DNA of 61,307 nucleotides, the filler included, from Dimargaris cristalligena (lineage: Eukaryota), in NCBI GenBank assembly GCA_003614675.1. It is 3 parts of 3 records of this genome, joined end to end, with 100 filler letters (N's around TTAATTAATTAA, not from the genome) between each part and the next. Parts side by side here need not be neighbours in the genome. Positions count along the whole stretch, not along the records: positions 1 to 20,498 come from ML002697.1; 2 more parts are not named here. One strand, written 5' to 3'. Each line of letters begins with the position of its first letter. The first letter of the stretch is position 1. Below, piece by piece: positions 1 to 13,803 of the stretch. Under the pieces are notes generated by a model that worked only from the letters and a program-made list of their open reading frames with translations, did not search any database and was not told the DNA's origin. The position numbers and the translations under genes are program-made.

Positions 1-2
1 CC

Positions 3-872
3 CTGGCTACCGTCCTCTCTTGTGCCGTTTCCGTCTATTTCACCTCCCATTGGTACAACGCCCACCTCCGCCAGCTCGCCAACCTCTACGACCAATCCCC
101 CAACACCTCCACCTCCACTCCTACTACTACTACTACTACTACTACTACCAACGCCATCAAACTGCAGACCCATCTCGGCTTGGACCAGGTCTATGTCATC
201 AACCTGGACAAGCGGCCTGACCGGATGGTCCAGCTCGCGGCCTTGGCTGAAATGCTGCACTTCAAGTTCCAGCGCAGTCGGGCCAACACCTCCGATGAGG
301 CCCTTGACGAACTGGGTCGGCCGTCGTCGCACCGCGCCTGTTGGCTCAGCCACATGAACGTGTACCGCCAAATCCTCGCCGACCCGACCGTACAAACCGC
401 CCTGGTGCTCGAAGACGACGTGGATATGGATTTTGATATTCAGTACCACGCCTACCGGGCCCTGACCGCCGCCACGCGGGACGACCCCCAGTGGGACATG
501 GTCTACCTGGGCCACTGCAGCGGTGTTGAAGGCCGTGATGCCGACCGGCTCGTGGATTCCGGTGCTAAACTTTATCGCTCCATCAATCCCATCTGCACCC
601 ACGGGTACGCCGTGAGTCGCGCCGGTGCCCAGAAATTGCTCCAACTCATGGCTGATTTCACCGCCCCCCTGGATATGTTGCTGATTGAATTGGTCAAGGC
701 CAACCGGGTTAAATCTTACTCCGTTGCTCCGCCCCTGATCATTCAGTACCATTTCGATGGGGATCGGTCCGATATCAATGCCGATGGTAATAACAACGGT
801 GGGGGGGATGTCCTCGCTGTTTCGGCCCACGATCGTCTGGATGTAATTCTGGGCTTATTGTCTGACGAGTAA
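3..872 (+). CDS. Glycosyltransferase family 25 protein (5' truncated)
   Basis: Frame is open from base 3 (hydrophobic LATVLSCAVSVYF, then a poly-Thr stem). GT25 motifs follow: YVINLDKRPDR, ACWLSH, ALVLEDDVD, WDMVYLGHC, CTHGYAVSRAGAQKLL. Stop TAA at 870-872. Confidence 0.85.
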   Translation: MATVLSCAVSVYFTSHWYNAHLRQLANLYDQSPNTSTSTPTTTTTTTTTNAIKLQTHLGLDQVYVINLDKRPDRMVQLAALAEMLHFKFQRSRANTSDEALDELGRPSSHRACWLSHMNVYRQILADPTVQTALVLEDDVDMDFDIQYHAYRALTAATRDDPQWDMVYLGHCSGVEGRDADRLVDSGAKLYRSINPICTHGYAVSRAGAQKLLQLMADFTAPLDMLLIELVKANRVKSYSVAPPLIIQYHFDGDRSDINADGNNNGGGDVLAVSAHDRLDVILGLLSDE

Positions 873-2426
873 TTGACAGCCGCCAAAAGCTGGCCAATTT
901 ATTCCGTATATATATTTATATTTATACGGATGAACAAACCGGTTCTTTACTATACTATTAACTCTCACACACACACACACACACACACTGTATCTGCATT
1001 TTCACTGACCCCGGCTGCGCCTCGTATGGTTTTCATTAATCTATGCTGGTTCTTTCTTATCATCCCTTCAAGTTTGGTCGTGTCCTTTCTCATTTATTTT
1101 CCCTCCACTTGTTAGCCATCTTCAGTATTTTTTGACCTTCCCGTTTTGCACTCTCCTCCCCCTCCCTCTTTCACTTATAAGTTCTTGTAAGTCTCCTGAA
1201 CTGATTAATTCCTGGTTATAGCCAACCAGGACCCCCCTCCCCTGACTACTTCTATCGATTTAACTCACAATCTTTATTAACCCCATGTATATGTATACAC
1301 GAACTAAATTTCGTTAGCAGTATATTTCCAATAAATTCTCAGTTCAATGCAATCGCACCTTACTACTATGCCCATTTAATACACAGTTGAAACCATCTTT
1401 TACTAAAGTAACATGTATTTTATACGGGTGTTGATCACAGGGTTGTGCTGTGTTTTAGGCGGAGCTGCCTGAGTCCGAGTCCGGTCGCTTAAAAATAATT
1501 TTCTTGGGCGCCGTTTCGAAGATTTTGTCCTCGAAAGCCAGCATGAAAATCGCTAGTCCCGCAAAGCCTAATTCGGATAAAGGTAGAGATATGTCATCAA
1601 TTGGTGGTTAATTTGGGACATATATCCGAGTAAAGTGGGGCATATTGCTCTTTTTATAGATATATTATTAAAAAATGATAAACTAGCCTAATGAAACAGT
1701 CTATAATATAGTAAAAGGTCTTGTCCCCGAGGGTGGGAGGGGGGTGGTCGCAATATACAGTAAAGGAAAAATAAGGCAATGCAGACTTGAATAAAACCTA
1801 CCGGTTGAAATCCAAAGTCGGGTCAGGGGACTTATCGACGTCCAGGCCTTAAACCAACGCCGAGGCGCGATTTCCTTGGAGGTAGTGGCATTGGCCTCGG
1901 ACAGCCGCTTCTGATTGGACTTGCGAGTACTCATTTAAAAGAATAAAAATATATATCTGCGTGGCTCTGAAGTGTAAAGATGTACAGGTGGAAAGGTATA
2001 GGTATTACTTTATATAACGGTCTAAATGGAACATACAGAGTAAGTTATTCAAAGTGGAGATCAGTTGTACGAATCGGAATGTTAAGTGAGGTGAAGTGGC
2101 TGAACCCTCGACTCAAGGTAAGTAATGTCTAATGGTGGGACATGGGAGTTCTCCGATAGTTAGAAGGTCGTTTGGGAGACTATTTTAGTCATCAGCCATG
2201 AGCATATATAATACCGCCACAGATAGTTTTATAAGATATTTGGCAAAGGCCGAGGGAGTCGCACCCCATTCTTACCCAGCACGTGGGTTTCGTAAACGAT
2301 AAATACCAGGTCGCCCCAGTTACTGCTGGGCTATAGCCTCATTAATACCAATTAACTGAGCCTCCAGCATATTTGATCACATTTACCATTATGGGTCTTC
2401 CCTCGGCAATTTGCCACTGTTTGATA

Positions 2427-2564
2427 TGGGTGAAGTTCAGCTTGGTTGTATAAGGTTTTAACCGATATGTGTATGGGAAAATCGGTGGGATGTTTATTTT
2501 CAACCAGTCGTATTTGCCTCATCAAATGGATTTTGCGTTATACAGCCTTGTTGAACTACTCCCA
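2427..2564. mobile_element. MITE-like element with ~30-bp imperfect TIRs, flanked by TA
   Basis: 5' end TGGGTGAAGTTCAGCTTGGTTGTATAA versus reverse complement of the 3' end TGGGAGTAGTTCAACAAGGCTGTATAA. TA at 2425-2426 and 2565-2566. A second copy starts at 61256. Confidence 0.7.
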
Positions 2565-2938
2565 TATCTTCAAAATTAAACTAGGGTTTGTAATAGCATT
2601 ATATTCTAATTTGGTTAGGGCCTCGTGGCTAATACTGCAGTACACAATAAAAAACCTAAATGAGAAAAAAACAGAGAACAGTAGCGTAATACCGATAATA
2701 ATAATGAAAGGCAAGCTGATTACCGAGTGGCAGCTTAAAGGATGCGTGAATGTGTGTGTGTAAGAAAGGGAGTAATGCTATTATAAATTAATTAGACAAG
2801 AAATAATAATAAAACTAGGGTTCAATACATATCCTAAAAGGAATGGCAAATAGGTTCTTTTTTGAAACTCTATTTCACTCCTCCAATATTAAAATTAGCT
2901 ATAAAAGTAGACCAGTAGAGCGAACATCACAATCTCGA

Positions 2939-5900
2939 TTAACTTGGCGGACGCGACGAGTCATTATCAGCCGGACGCTGTTTAGGCACTGGCGATGATG
3001 ACAAGGCTGGTTGCGTCTGCTGAGGTAACGACTGCTGCTGTTGGGGGTGCATCATTACCGGATGTTGGTAAGGGAGATGAAGGTGAGGGTGATGGGGATG
3101 GAATCCAGGGGCAAAGTGGGGGTGGTGAGGGGCTCCCCCCATCGGTGCCGTCATATGGAACTGGTGCGGGTGGGGATGGTGGGGAAGCCCGCCGGGAGGC
3201 GTCGCCATGAATACTGGTGCGGGCCCAGGGCCTCCTCCGCCACCACCGGCAACCACCGAATTCGCCATGGATGAGTTTAGATTGGAGCTACTGTGGTTCA
3301 GACCCGTAAAGTACGAAGTGACCGAGGGCGGTGGTTGGGAACGGTTAGGTCCCGACGTAGTGTTGGACCGCTGGCGACCACTCTCGGCCAGATGGGAGGG
3401 ACTCGGTGACCCCGGCGGTGGCACCATCCAGGTCGGGGCAAAAGTAATAGCCCCCGGATGGTGGTGCGGCATTGCACCCGGTGGAGCCATCATCATTTGG
3501 GGTGGCATCATTAGGGAACCCGCCGGAATTCCGGGGAGATGGTGGAATGTTGGCGGTGGTTGTTGTGGAGTGTTAAATGATTTAGACCGTCCGGTTTTAG
3601 CTTTACTACCGCTCCCGCTGTTACCGTTCGGGCCACTCTTACTCCGACTTGCCTTGGACGAGGTGGAGGGCCTTGCCCCCCCATTACCACCGGGGGAATT
3701 CGTTGAGGACTCAGCCCCGCTCCCAGCCAAAGAACTGCTATGCGATGCAACATGGTGCGGTTGTCTAGGTAACGGCAACCGGCCCGTCGTGCCATCCCGC
3801 TCGGTTGGGCCAGATGACGAATGGTGGTGGCTAGTCCCACCAGTCTGTTTGTCATGGAATCGCGGGTTGAGGGGACTTTCACTCAAACTCAGTCGCAAGT
3901 GGGCCGGATTGGGGGCCGGCGAACTAATTGAAGTGGACGTCCGGTGGCGCGGTAAAGCCTGGCGGGCATCGGAAGTGGAGGAATTAGTAGTCGAGGTCAA
4001 AGTGTTTTTCCGGGGCCGGGCCGTCGCCGGGTCATCAATACTCGCACTCCGCCGGGGACCTCCTAGGCCATTAGTCGCCACAGCCGTGCCCGAACTGGAT
4101 ATCGAGGGCCGGGAATCTTCGATCATACTTGCCAGTGACCCAGAGGGGTTGAGGATGGAACCGAACGGGGGGGCCGATATGGAACTCCGGGGTGTAGATT
4201 CGGGTTCATCGTAGAGTACCTGGGTCGCTCCCGTTGCTGCAGCCGCCGCATCTGACCGCTTGCTGGACTTCTTGCGGCGCCGCCGGGGAAGAGTTTCACC
4301 GGGTTCGGTATCGGGGTCCTCTCGGTCAGTCAAAGTCCCAGCCTCCTTGGCCTTCTTGGAGCGTTTCGACTTCTTACGTTTGACTTTTTTGCTTTCACCC
4401 GTCTTCTTACGTCGTTTACTACCCCCAATGGCCCCTTTCAACCCGGTTGAACCGCTCAGAATCGAATCATGACAACTACTTTCGTCACTGCCGACTTCAC
4501 AGTCAGGTCCTAAGCTACCACCACCGTTGCGATGTTTCTTGGGGTTACTACCGCTACCCCCTACTAGACTAGCAGACTCGTCCTTGTCGGACATGTGGGC
4601 GGCGGAGTCAACCCGATTGACAGTTGCGGACCGCTTACTGCTGCTATTCCGATGGTCATGGGACTCTTCGTCCGCTCGGCCAGCCTTGGAAGGTCGCCGG
4701 TGGTTTGCGGAAGTGCGGGTATTCCGACGTTGTAGGGTGCTCAAACGACGCCGGCGCCGTTTACAGAGCCACATGGCTCCGACGAGGCTCAGCAGGAAAG
4801 CGACGGCCCCGACCACGATGCCGATGATGGCCCCCACGGATAAATCCCCGGCGCCCTGGGCGAGGGAGAGATAGGCGCTGTTGACAGGGTCTTGGTTACC
4901 GCTGAGCGCGCTGGACAGTGAGAACCATTCCACGGTTTTCCACGCCGCCACATCTACCACTACGAGTTGGTCCTTGTCGCTCGGTTGGTCAGTCCGTAGG
5001 CCGCGCCGCCGATCGGGGTTGACGAGGAGGCCGTTGGAGGACCGTTTCACGGGGGAAGCGTGGGATGATGAGGATGGTGACGGTGCCGAAGATGAGGTGG
5101 ATGCGGTTGCAGATGACATGGATTCAGTACTATTGCTAGTGCTATTACTATTGGTCACGCCGTAGATTGAATCCGTATCAACTTTCAGTACCCCCATGGC
5201 CGAAATGAGGTACTTGCCAATGAGCGTGGAGGTGTGACCGAACCGGGCCATGCCTATCTTATCCTTATCTGGAAGTCCGGGGCGGGACCAGGTCCAGGAT
5301 TGGCTATTCAGGACGGCTATATCAGAAAAGTATTCCGTCTGTTCCATATTCGTAACGCCGCCGGTCACAATAATTTGGTTATAGTAGCCTGTAAGATAGT
5401 ATGGGAGAAAATGACACAGGTTGGGGTGGTCAATGTGATAAACAAAGCAGGCGGGAAAGGCGGGATCGATGATAGCAGGTTTAGATTATATACATGTATA
5501 GTCCGAATTTGCCGACCAATGAAAGCTGTGATCATAAACAAATGAGGGAATATTCGTAAGGAAATACCATGGGGAGCCCAGATTCGTTACATTAGGTTCC
5601 CTCATATTCATTTGAAACTCCGACTCCAAAAGTCACAAGGCGTTCCAACGCGGCGGGAACCCTCCACGAATAGAAGCTTAAACTTACTGGCAATTCCGAA
5701 TAGTTTGAGACCGGGGAACCACGCCCCTGTGGCATCCACCTGGGACCACACCGCATTGACAGTATCGTACAAGTGCACCATGTTGGGATCCACCAACGAA
5801 CCATTGCTACACCCGCCTAGCACGGCCATGTGGGTATTATTAATCATGACCGCCCGGTGCTGGTACCGCGCCAACGGGAACGAGTCCGTGCGGTCGTTCG

Positions 5901-6567
5901 CAGCGGGATAATTCGGACTACTCCAATCGAGTGATTCGGGATCGAACAAGTGAAGATCGGCGTTTTCGCTATCGTCCTCGGGCCCGTTATTGCCGACCGT
6001 TTGGCCGCCGAAATACACGATTCGCTGGATCTCCGGGGCGTATACCGCCGTGGCGCCCCAGAGGCGGTCGCCGTCGATGCCCCACCGGGTCCAGGACTTC
6101 ATTTTGAGATTGTACGCAATGAACGAACTGCGCGCCCGTTCGCCGGCCGGGCCGTCACCCCCGCCCACGACGATCACAGGGGTATCATCCTGGCGGCGGA
6201 GCAGGGTCGCCGTGTGACCGGCCACCAATGGGCCGTCGTTGCGGTCAACGTAGTTGGTCTCCCACGCGGGTACGTGGGCGGAGAATTCTTCGCCCAGATA
6301 CAGCGAGTAGGGCTGGGGGAGGTACGTGGGCGTAGCCGTATCGTTGCCGACGAGCGGTCCGGGGATAGACTTGAGACCGCCGATAAAGTAGAGCCGTTTG
6401 TCGTAATAAACGGCGGCGTGGTTGTACGAGAGTAAATCGCCGGACACAGTCGGAATGCTAGTACATAGCAAGGTGACTAAGTGGTACACCAGGCAACAAG
6501 TGGCGAAATATATTAGTTGGGTGTGTGACCGCGGTCGCGGCCTTGACGGTAAAGATGATGAAGTCAT
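2939..6567 (-). CDS. Kelch-repeat (beta-propeller) single-pass membrane protein with a long disordered cytoplasmic tail, ~1109 aa
   Basis: Exons 6567-5688 and 5388-2939 join in frame across a GTAAGT...TTACAG intron. N-terminal hydrophobic signal; Kelch motifs LYFIGG, VAGHTA, IVYFGG, ARYQHRAV, ARFGHTSTL; TM GAIIGIVVGAVAFLLSLVGAMWL followed by KRRRRR. Confidence 0.8.
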
Positions 6568-9500
6568 GATAATTAGGTATAGTAGATAGAGAGAAAAAAA
6601 ACGACCCGAAGTATTTGGAATACAGCCAAAAAGGGAAGCAAAGGTAACTCTAGGGTTGAAAGGTGAGGCCAGAGTTTCTCGCCGCTTGAACGGGGACGGT
6701 TTACCAAGAGGTGCTCTTTTAGCAAGAAAGTGGGGCGGAAGTATATTCCACTTTGAGGCGCCCTTCGGTATGGATATCTGTGCAAATGGGGGAGGGGGAG
6801 AGTGTGTGTGTGTGTGGGTGTGGACCAAGGAGTAACAGCGACCCAGGCAGATGTAGGAGTGACGACGAATGGGGGTGGTATGGAGTGTGCAGTATGAGTG
6901 AGTCAAGGGACGCGAAGGGAAGAACAGGGAAAGTGAAGCGCAAATTATGAATCCGACTCGCCGAAATCATTTCTCTCCTGGGCTTCTCTAAGTTCTCTGC
7001 ACCCCCAATCTATTCCCATTTCCAACCACTGCACCCGTTCACCGTGAACATTCCGATTCGGATTTATCTTGTGTTGCTGCTACCCTGCGTACGGGAAAAC
7101 ACAACCACCCTTTAGCCGGTGAATAGCAACGACCCAGCACCGTGCTCGCTATATTCTACTTTATATCTCTTTCCCCTTACTCTGTGGCGGGAGAGTTTCG
7201 GATTGATTGACCCGCTTCTCCTTTTACATACTCCGAATTATTGGGGCGGTTCACTCCAACTGTACTGCTCAATTACCAGGAAAGGCAATCCCTCTGCCAG
7301 CGTCTATATTTGGGTCTACTTGAGGAGAGGGGACTACATTGCCCGTTGATTGACTCTCGATTTTCGGCGAGGTGATCGGTGATAGATATACTAGAAAAAT
7401 AGGCCGATGCAGACCGGCCCGACTGGTTCGCGAAATAGACGATTCTGCAAGGGGGAGTGATGTGGGGGAGAGTCAAGCGAGCGGAAAGTGCGATCCTTGG
7501 GGACCGGTTGTTAGTACGGGGGCGTCGAGCGGGTTGGGGCGTTCCACAAGGAGATTGGCCACCTATAGAGGGTTAAGGGGCACACGGATGTCACTACCAC
7601 AATTGGACGGCATCCTTCCAGAACAGAGGAAGAGAGGGCGGCTTATGAACCCAAAGCCCCTCTAAATAGAATGCAATATGAGAGAGAACGTGCCTGGCGA
7701 GAGGGGCGTACGGACATACACACCCACCCACACATACCGTTGTATACAAATACGCCTTGACTTACTCACACGTACGCGGTGGACGTAGAATGTTTGGTGT
7801 GGAGTAGGGGGGGTGGTTGGAGGGCAAGGGGAGAGTGGACCAGCAACGGATAAGGTTAAGGGTACGAAGCGGGTAAAGTGCCGGAGAAGGGGTAGTAGAG
7901 GTATGTGGGGGAAGGAGGGTAAGTAAGTATATGAACAATGTACTCTGAAATAAAGTGGTTCCAAGGCCAATGTGTGCCCAAGCTGATTAGGATAGAGGGG
8001 ATATATAGCCGTAAAATGGAATCCAATGTGAAATGTAGGAGTTAAAGAATACCCAAAATGAAACCGGTTATGAAAAGATGCTGACGGTGACGATATATAT
8101 ATATATATATGGGGCTGGCCAGGAAAATTTATTAGCCCTTGGGGCTGAGCACCACGTTCAGAGTGGCTGCTAGAGTAAAGCGGATTTACCGATAGAAGTA
8201 ATGAAGCGGGGGACACACACTCTCTCTCTACGGCAGGAGAGGGAATCTTCTTTCCGAATTTTACTGCACAGCTGCGTCAGAGAGGTGGGTACGCAGATGG
8301 GGCAGTTCCTCCAAGCCTGGGGTGGTATTCAGAGGCACGACGACAATAGTGGGAAGGGGAGGGGATGTGTGTTGGTAAGATGGTGTAGGATGGGGAAGGA
8401 AATAATTCAGCCGATAGACCACAGTCCGCGCAACTTAAAATCTGGTCAATTGGCCACGGAATACGGTTGGTACGCGGCCTCAAGTCCTTTTAAACTAATC
8501 AAGACCAATGTATCTACGCCAATACTGGTGACTATATGATGGCGAAGGATGGTGGGGGCGGAAAAGGGGAACGTAGCCAATGGAGGTATGCGAAGGGTAA
8601 CCGATAAATCCCAATTAAAGAGCAATAAAAAAAGACCTTAGGGCAATGCGAAACACGATACCAGTACGGCCTCTCGAACCCGTATATATAGTCCACGGGT
8701 GAAGTCCGAGGAAGTCGAACAGGGGTGGGTAGTTGATGAACCAACTCCAAAATAATATATGCGAAACCCGCTCGGAAAAAGGGGTCGGAGTTCCAATGAA
8801 CGAGGTTTCAGAGCCACCGATCCCAGTGGCCAGGCAGGATGGCTTGGCCCGCAAAATATTTAACAATGGAAGCAAGACGGGTACGGTCGTCTCAAAGTCG
8901 TTTGACATGGCCGAAACACGCCATGGTGGGAAAGTGTAGGTGGATTATATACATGTGGGTGCGCGAGTGTTTGCGGGGCGAGAGTGAATAGGGGAGAGAT
9001 TCGGCTCGGCTGAATAATATGAACCATCCGCTTAGTGCGAGACAATAGGTCCCGCTGGGTTACCTTTAAAATACCGACTGTATTTTTTTTCGTATATATT
9101 TCTTATTCACCATTCTCTATAGTCTTGTCGGAGTTTACGCATGTTTCCAGTCCTATATCGTCCACCCCCATGCTTACGAAGTTGTTGTGATGGTTTAGCC
9201 GAATTTAATGATGGGGCGAAATTTGACAACCTCTCACAACGATGTTCCAATTGCCCCCCTCCAGTGAGTCGCTGGGATCGATCGTCCCCAGTTGGACTTA
9301 CGAATAAGCGAATGGGCAAGGCCAATAACAGTTACCTATATCACTGGGAATACTGGGTAAATACATGCCTAGTGGCTCCCACCCCGAATCCTGCCACTGT
9401 ACGCCGTGTGATGAGTATTGTATTTCCAGTCGAGGTGTGCTCACCAATAATATCACCGGTATGGTCTTAAGTTACCAATGTTGGGCCAGTTTGTTGTCGT

Positions 9501-11745
9501 AGATCTCTCTAATCAGTTGGTTTTGGAAGCGTTAAATCAAAATATAACCAAAAATTGATCAAAAGTGTGATTGGGTATGGGTGTTGCGAGGTCTAAACTG
9601 ATTAGAATGATGCTGGATGGCTTTGAATCTTAGACGATTCAGTGCTTTAAGTCGACCTTTGGTTGGGCTGAGCCTGGTCTATAGGTTGGTGCCCCCACTT
9701 TTACCTGCCAAGAAAAAAATGCCACTCAATTGAAAATACACACCAGCTGGGGTCAAGTTAAAATTGGGCCAAAAACACAATGGGTTATGTATGCCAAGTG
9801 CATATGGCTTAGGGGTGAATGGTACAGTAAATCTGAAGTAGATGAATAGTAGTCAGAATAGCAGAGATGTTGGAGCCTATCCTCTTCTTTCCCCCGTACT
9901 CCAAATCTGCGGATTGAATGATTTGGTGAATATGTAATAATGTGGGGTATATGGAAAGTAAAGGGTATATTTGTGTATATAAAAATACCCATTCACTACA
10001 TAATAAATACCTAATAATAGCTTTAAAACAAGAATACGTAGAAGAGAACGGACCATCGACTTAAAATTGAAGACAATGGACGAAGGGGGAGTTCACTTAA
10101 GTTGCACTCCAAAACGAGGTCAAGGGGGTACACTTCTCTCGACATTGAACTGTATATTCGTCTAATCTATTGAAGAGGGGAGGTCAGCAATATAGCGGGA
10201 GCACCTTTAATCCCAAATTCGTTAGTGATTACATTTACTATGTCGTTTAGCGATTGAGAAATAATAACAATAATTTGGACATACACAGTACTCTTATTGA
10301 TGTTAGTGATGAATGCGCGAGGTAGAGTAACATTTTATTAAGGAGAGATACGGCGATGGAGATGTAAGCGAAGTAATATAGTGGCAATAGGAATACTAGT
10401 AAACTAAAGGAACATCAACGAGGTGACCATAATACCCTCTATATAGTCGGTTCTGATTCTCTCGTGTGCGGTCGTTAATGCCTAGTAGTCGCTGGGTTGC
10501 CACCATTAAGTGTAGCGACCTTGTGATGGGCCTGGCAAAAGATGGGATGTGGTACCATGTCCAGTATGCCTTGGGTAATAATGACAAGTGCTTTGGAAGT
10601 TGGGGCCATTCTAACGATGGGCAAGGGCTGTCCTTCGTCCATGGCCGGGGTTTCTGGACGGCCGGCCCCCAGGTTGTTTTAATCCCGGGACATGCTATCT
10701 TCAGGCAAGGGGGATGTCCCATTAATCCTAGTGGAATAGCGCCCAGCCGCCGGGTTAGAGGTACCATTAGAAACCTACCCTGTTGAGTTGATACGCGGGG
10801 TGGGGACAGCGTGTATTATACATTGAACTTTACTTGGCCATTTCCTATATGAAAGCCGCGAACATATGAAGAAGTATTCATGTACTTCAGGTACGGCCGG
10901 AGCGTCCAGCCCCCAAGCCAGGATGCATAATAGTATCTATGCTGTCGTTACATTACTACGTTAAACTTGCATCCTAATTATCCCGAGTGGATTTTTCGCG
11001 ACACGCTGGGGAGTAACCTTGTAAGCCTATTATTCAAATAGTACTGTTGGTCAAAAGAGAGGCTACATCGCCGATTGAGTATATATATATATATATATTA
11101 TTATGTCCTAGTCAAAAAAACGCAAATGGATGGGGAAGAATGTCAATAGTTATGCACAGTATTCCATATGGAAAGACAGGCGAGACGTTTCGCTCGAATG
11201 CCTGTTTTTGCAGACAGAAAATTCACTGATCTTGGTCATCATCGCCACTACCGCCGTTTTCTTAGCCCATCAAAATCCATTACGCATATTGGTATTAAAT
11301 GTGGTTGAATTATAAATCACAGAAGTAGGCATTATTAAGTATCTGGGACAATAAGATAATACTATTCATTTAAGTAGCCAGCTAAAAATGGCGGACTTTA
11401 TCCAATGTAAGATTTTACTCCATTCATATTTACATTTCAGACATCCCTTCCCCGAATTGTATCCCTAGCGGCTGGTAAAACTTATTATACATATATTATA
11501 CATATTTATTGGAGGAAAATTCGGTCGATATACTTTTCAAGTCGATAGTTTCCTCGGAAAAGTGGTCAAGATGGTTCCACAATAACCGTAAAAGATTCAT
11601 TCGGTGAGATAGCCGTATAAAAATAAAATCAACACTTCTTACACTTCAAGAGTATCCACTGAAGCAGAACAATAGCACTCAGTACCAAAAAAAACCCCCA
11701 CCATGGCCACAGGTAATGGGTAAAAAAATTAGATAGACGATGATA

Positions 11746-13803
11746 TTAGTCTAGTTGGTGGATACATTTACCCTGGACGAACACCTGTTTTATATTACGG
11801 TCATCGCCCAGGTACACAAATCTCTCCAGGTGATTGAGCCACCACTTGTGACTTTGAGGCCCGGAAGCGCGACCTTCATTGAGGGCTACCGGGTTCAGTT
11901 CGTTGAATGAGCCACCCGCGACCAAGGCATCGAATGTTTTACCGGGCGCGAAACTACCCAGACGCTCCGACCATCCCAAGACTTCGGCCCCGCCCAGAGT
12001 GGCCATATAGAGCACCTCGCCAATCGTCAACGGAGTGAGCAATCGATCAGCCGCCGCAGTTGGGGAAGAATCCGATTCCCCCGCGGTAGTAGTACGGCTG
12101 GCCGCCGACTGGGCCATTTGCCGTATCCGGGAGGCCGTAGCCGCCTGGCGCATAGCATCCACCATGGACGGGGACGACCCACCCGACACATCCGTCCCCA
12201 GACCCACCGCGAGGCTATAATTCCATAGGTTGCGCACGTGGGCCATGCCGCTACCCAAAGCGAAGTTGGAGTTGGGGCAGTGGGCCACGCCTACTTGGTA
12301 GTCGCGTAGTATAGTCAGTTCGTCGGGTTTGGGGTGTACGCAGTGGGCCATAATAGAGCGTGGAATACCCCCCTGGGCATTGGTCGCAGTAGTTTCTGTG
12401 GCGGAGGTGGAGGCGGAGGGTTGGTCCCCCAAAAGGCCATAGGTTCGGTAGATATCGGTGTAGGACTGGCATTCAGGATGTAGTCCCTCAATCCACGCAA
12501 TTTCGGCCTGGTTCTCGCTAAGATGGGACTGGATGGGTAGTTGGTACTGACGAGCCAGTTGGGCTAGACCTTTCATTAACGGGACACTGCACGATCCAAC
12601 AAACCGTGGGGTGATTACAGGGGTGACCAGGGGCAGAATGGGTGATGATGAGTCTGAAACCGGCGAAGACGACAATGACGACGACAAGACTGTCGAAATT
12701 TGATTCTCCGCCGGGGTAGACTTCAGAGTGGTCTGGATAAACCGCTCGGTTTCAGCCAAGCTATCCTCGGTGGTTTCAATGTAGTATTCGGGTGCATTGC
12801 GGTCCATGTTCACCTTACCGACCCAGGCGCGTTGGCCTCGCCGGCGTACAATGTCAACCAGGGCAGATGTGCTGTCCGTATGAATGGTGGCATAGTACAC
12901 CGCCGTTGTTGTGCCGTGGCGGATAAACGTGGATACCGCGGCCTCGTACACCCGGCGGGCGTAGTTTAGGTCGGCGAATTTGGCCTCCTCCGGGAAGGTG
13001 AAGGTGTCCAACCAATCGAGAAGGGGCAGGCTGTACCCTATGCCTATATTGGCAAACTGGGCGGCGTGGACATGCGTGTCGATAAAGCCGGGTAGCAGGA
13101 ACTGGGTGGAATCGAGTTTCACCAACTAATACCAGGGCAAGGTTTTATATGGACCAGGCGGAGTAGACACGTGTCGGATATAGGTATAGCATGGTCGATG
13201 GGGATATATTAGGTGGTCGATTGAAGAGTTAGTGATGGTTGGAAGATAGACACAACCTAGGTGTTTTAGACAGTTGTCCCGCTCGGGATAAAATGTTCGT
13301 CTGTAGTTCCCCGGGGGGAAGAGTTCCTCTATAAATTTACCAGCGGACTTGCAATACAGAAGGCAGCACCTGCATCTAAATCCCAGAGGCCGGAATTAGA
13401 GGGGCTAGGCCCCTGACGTGGCCATATAAGGGCCCAGGATAATAAGATACCACTACTTCAGCTAAGTATAGCTGACCTTGGGTTGAGGGGTAGCGAGAAA
13501 GCAGGGATAAGCCGCCTGGTGCCAGTAAGTGAGGCTCAGCTATCTCGACATGGCACATTATCTTACCTGGACCCGGGTGTCACCACCGTATTGCTGGTAT
13601 AGCCGCTGCGTTGCCGCATGCCACTGGTCGTCGGCACTATCCTCGTCCGGGTCGTCAAACGTACGAAAGTCCTGGATTTCGCCACGGGCAACTTCCACCA
13701 CCACCACCGCGCGAGGATAGACCCCCAATTCGGAGCGGCCAAGGGGATTCACCACGCAACCGGTGAAAAGTAGATGAGTAAAGGCAGGGTTCAACTGAGC
13801 CAT
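11746..13803 (-). CDS. GUD1: Guanine deaminase (amidohydrolase superfamily)
   Basis: Exons 13803-13567 and 13125-11746 (CAG|GTAAGA...ATTAG|TTG). Motifs LLPGFIDTHVHAAQF, GTTTAVYYAT, ITPRF, QSHLSEN, AHCPNSN, GLGTDVSGG, GDDRNI. Confidence 0.92.

Noticed and set aside
1701-1934. 77-aa minus-strand ORF MSTRKSNQKR
   Set aside because: Short, no motif, no supporting exon structure found.
3207-4214. 335-aa plus-strand ORF inside the Kelch gene
   Set aside because: Antisense shadow of a GC-rich low-complexity exon.
10396-10786. Overlapping 123-aa and 106-aa ORFs in the long intergenic region
   Set aside because: No recognisable motif or convincing splice model; a decayed gene cannot be excluded.
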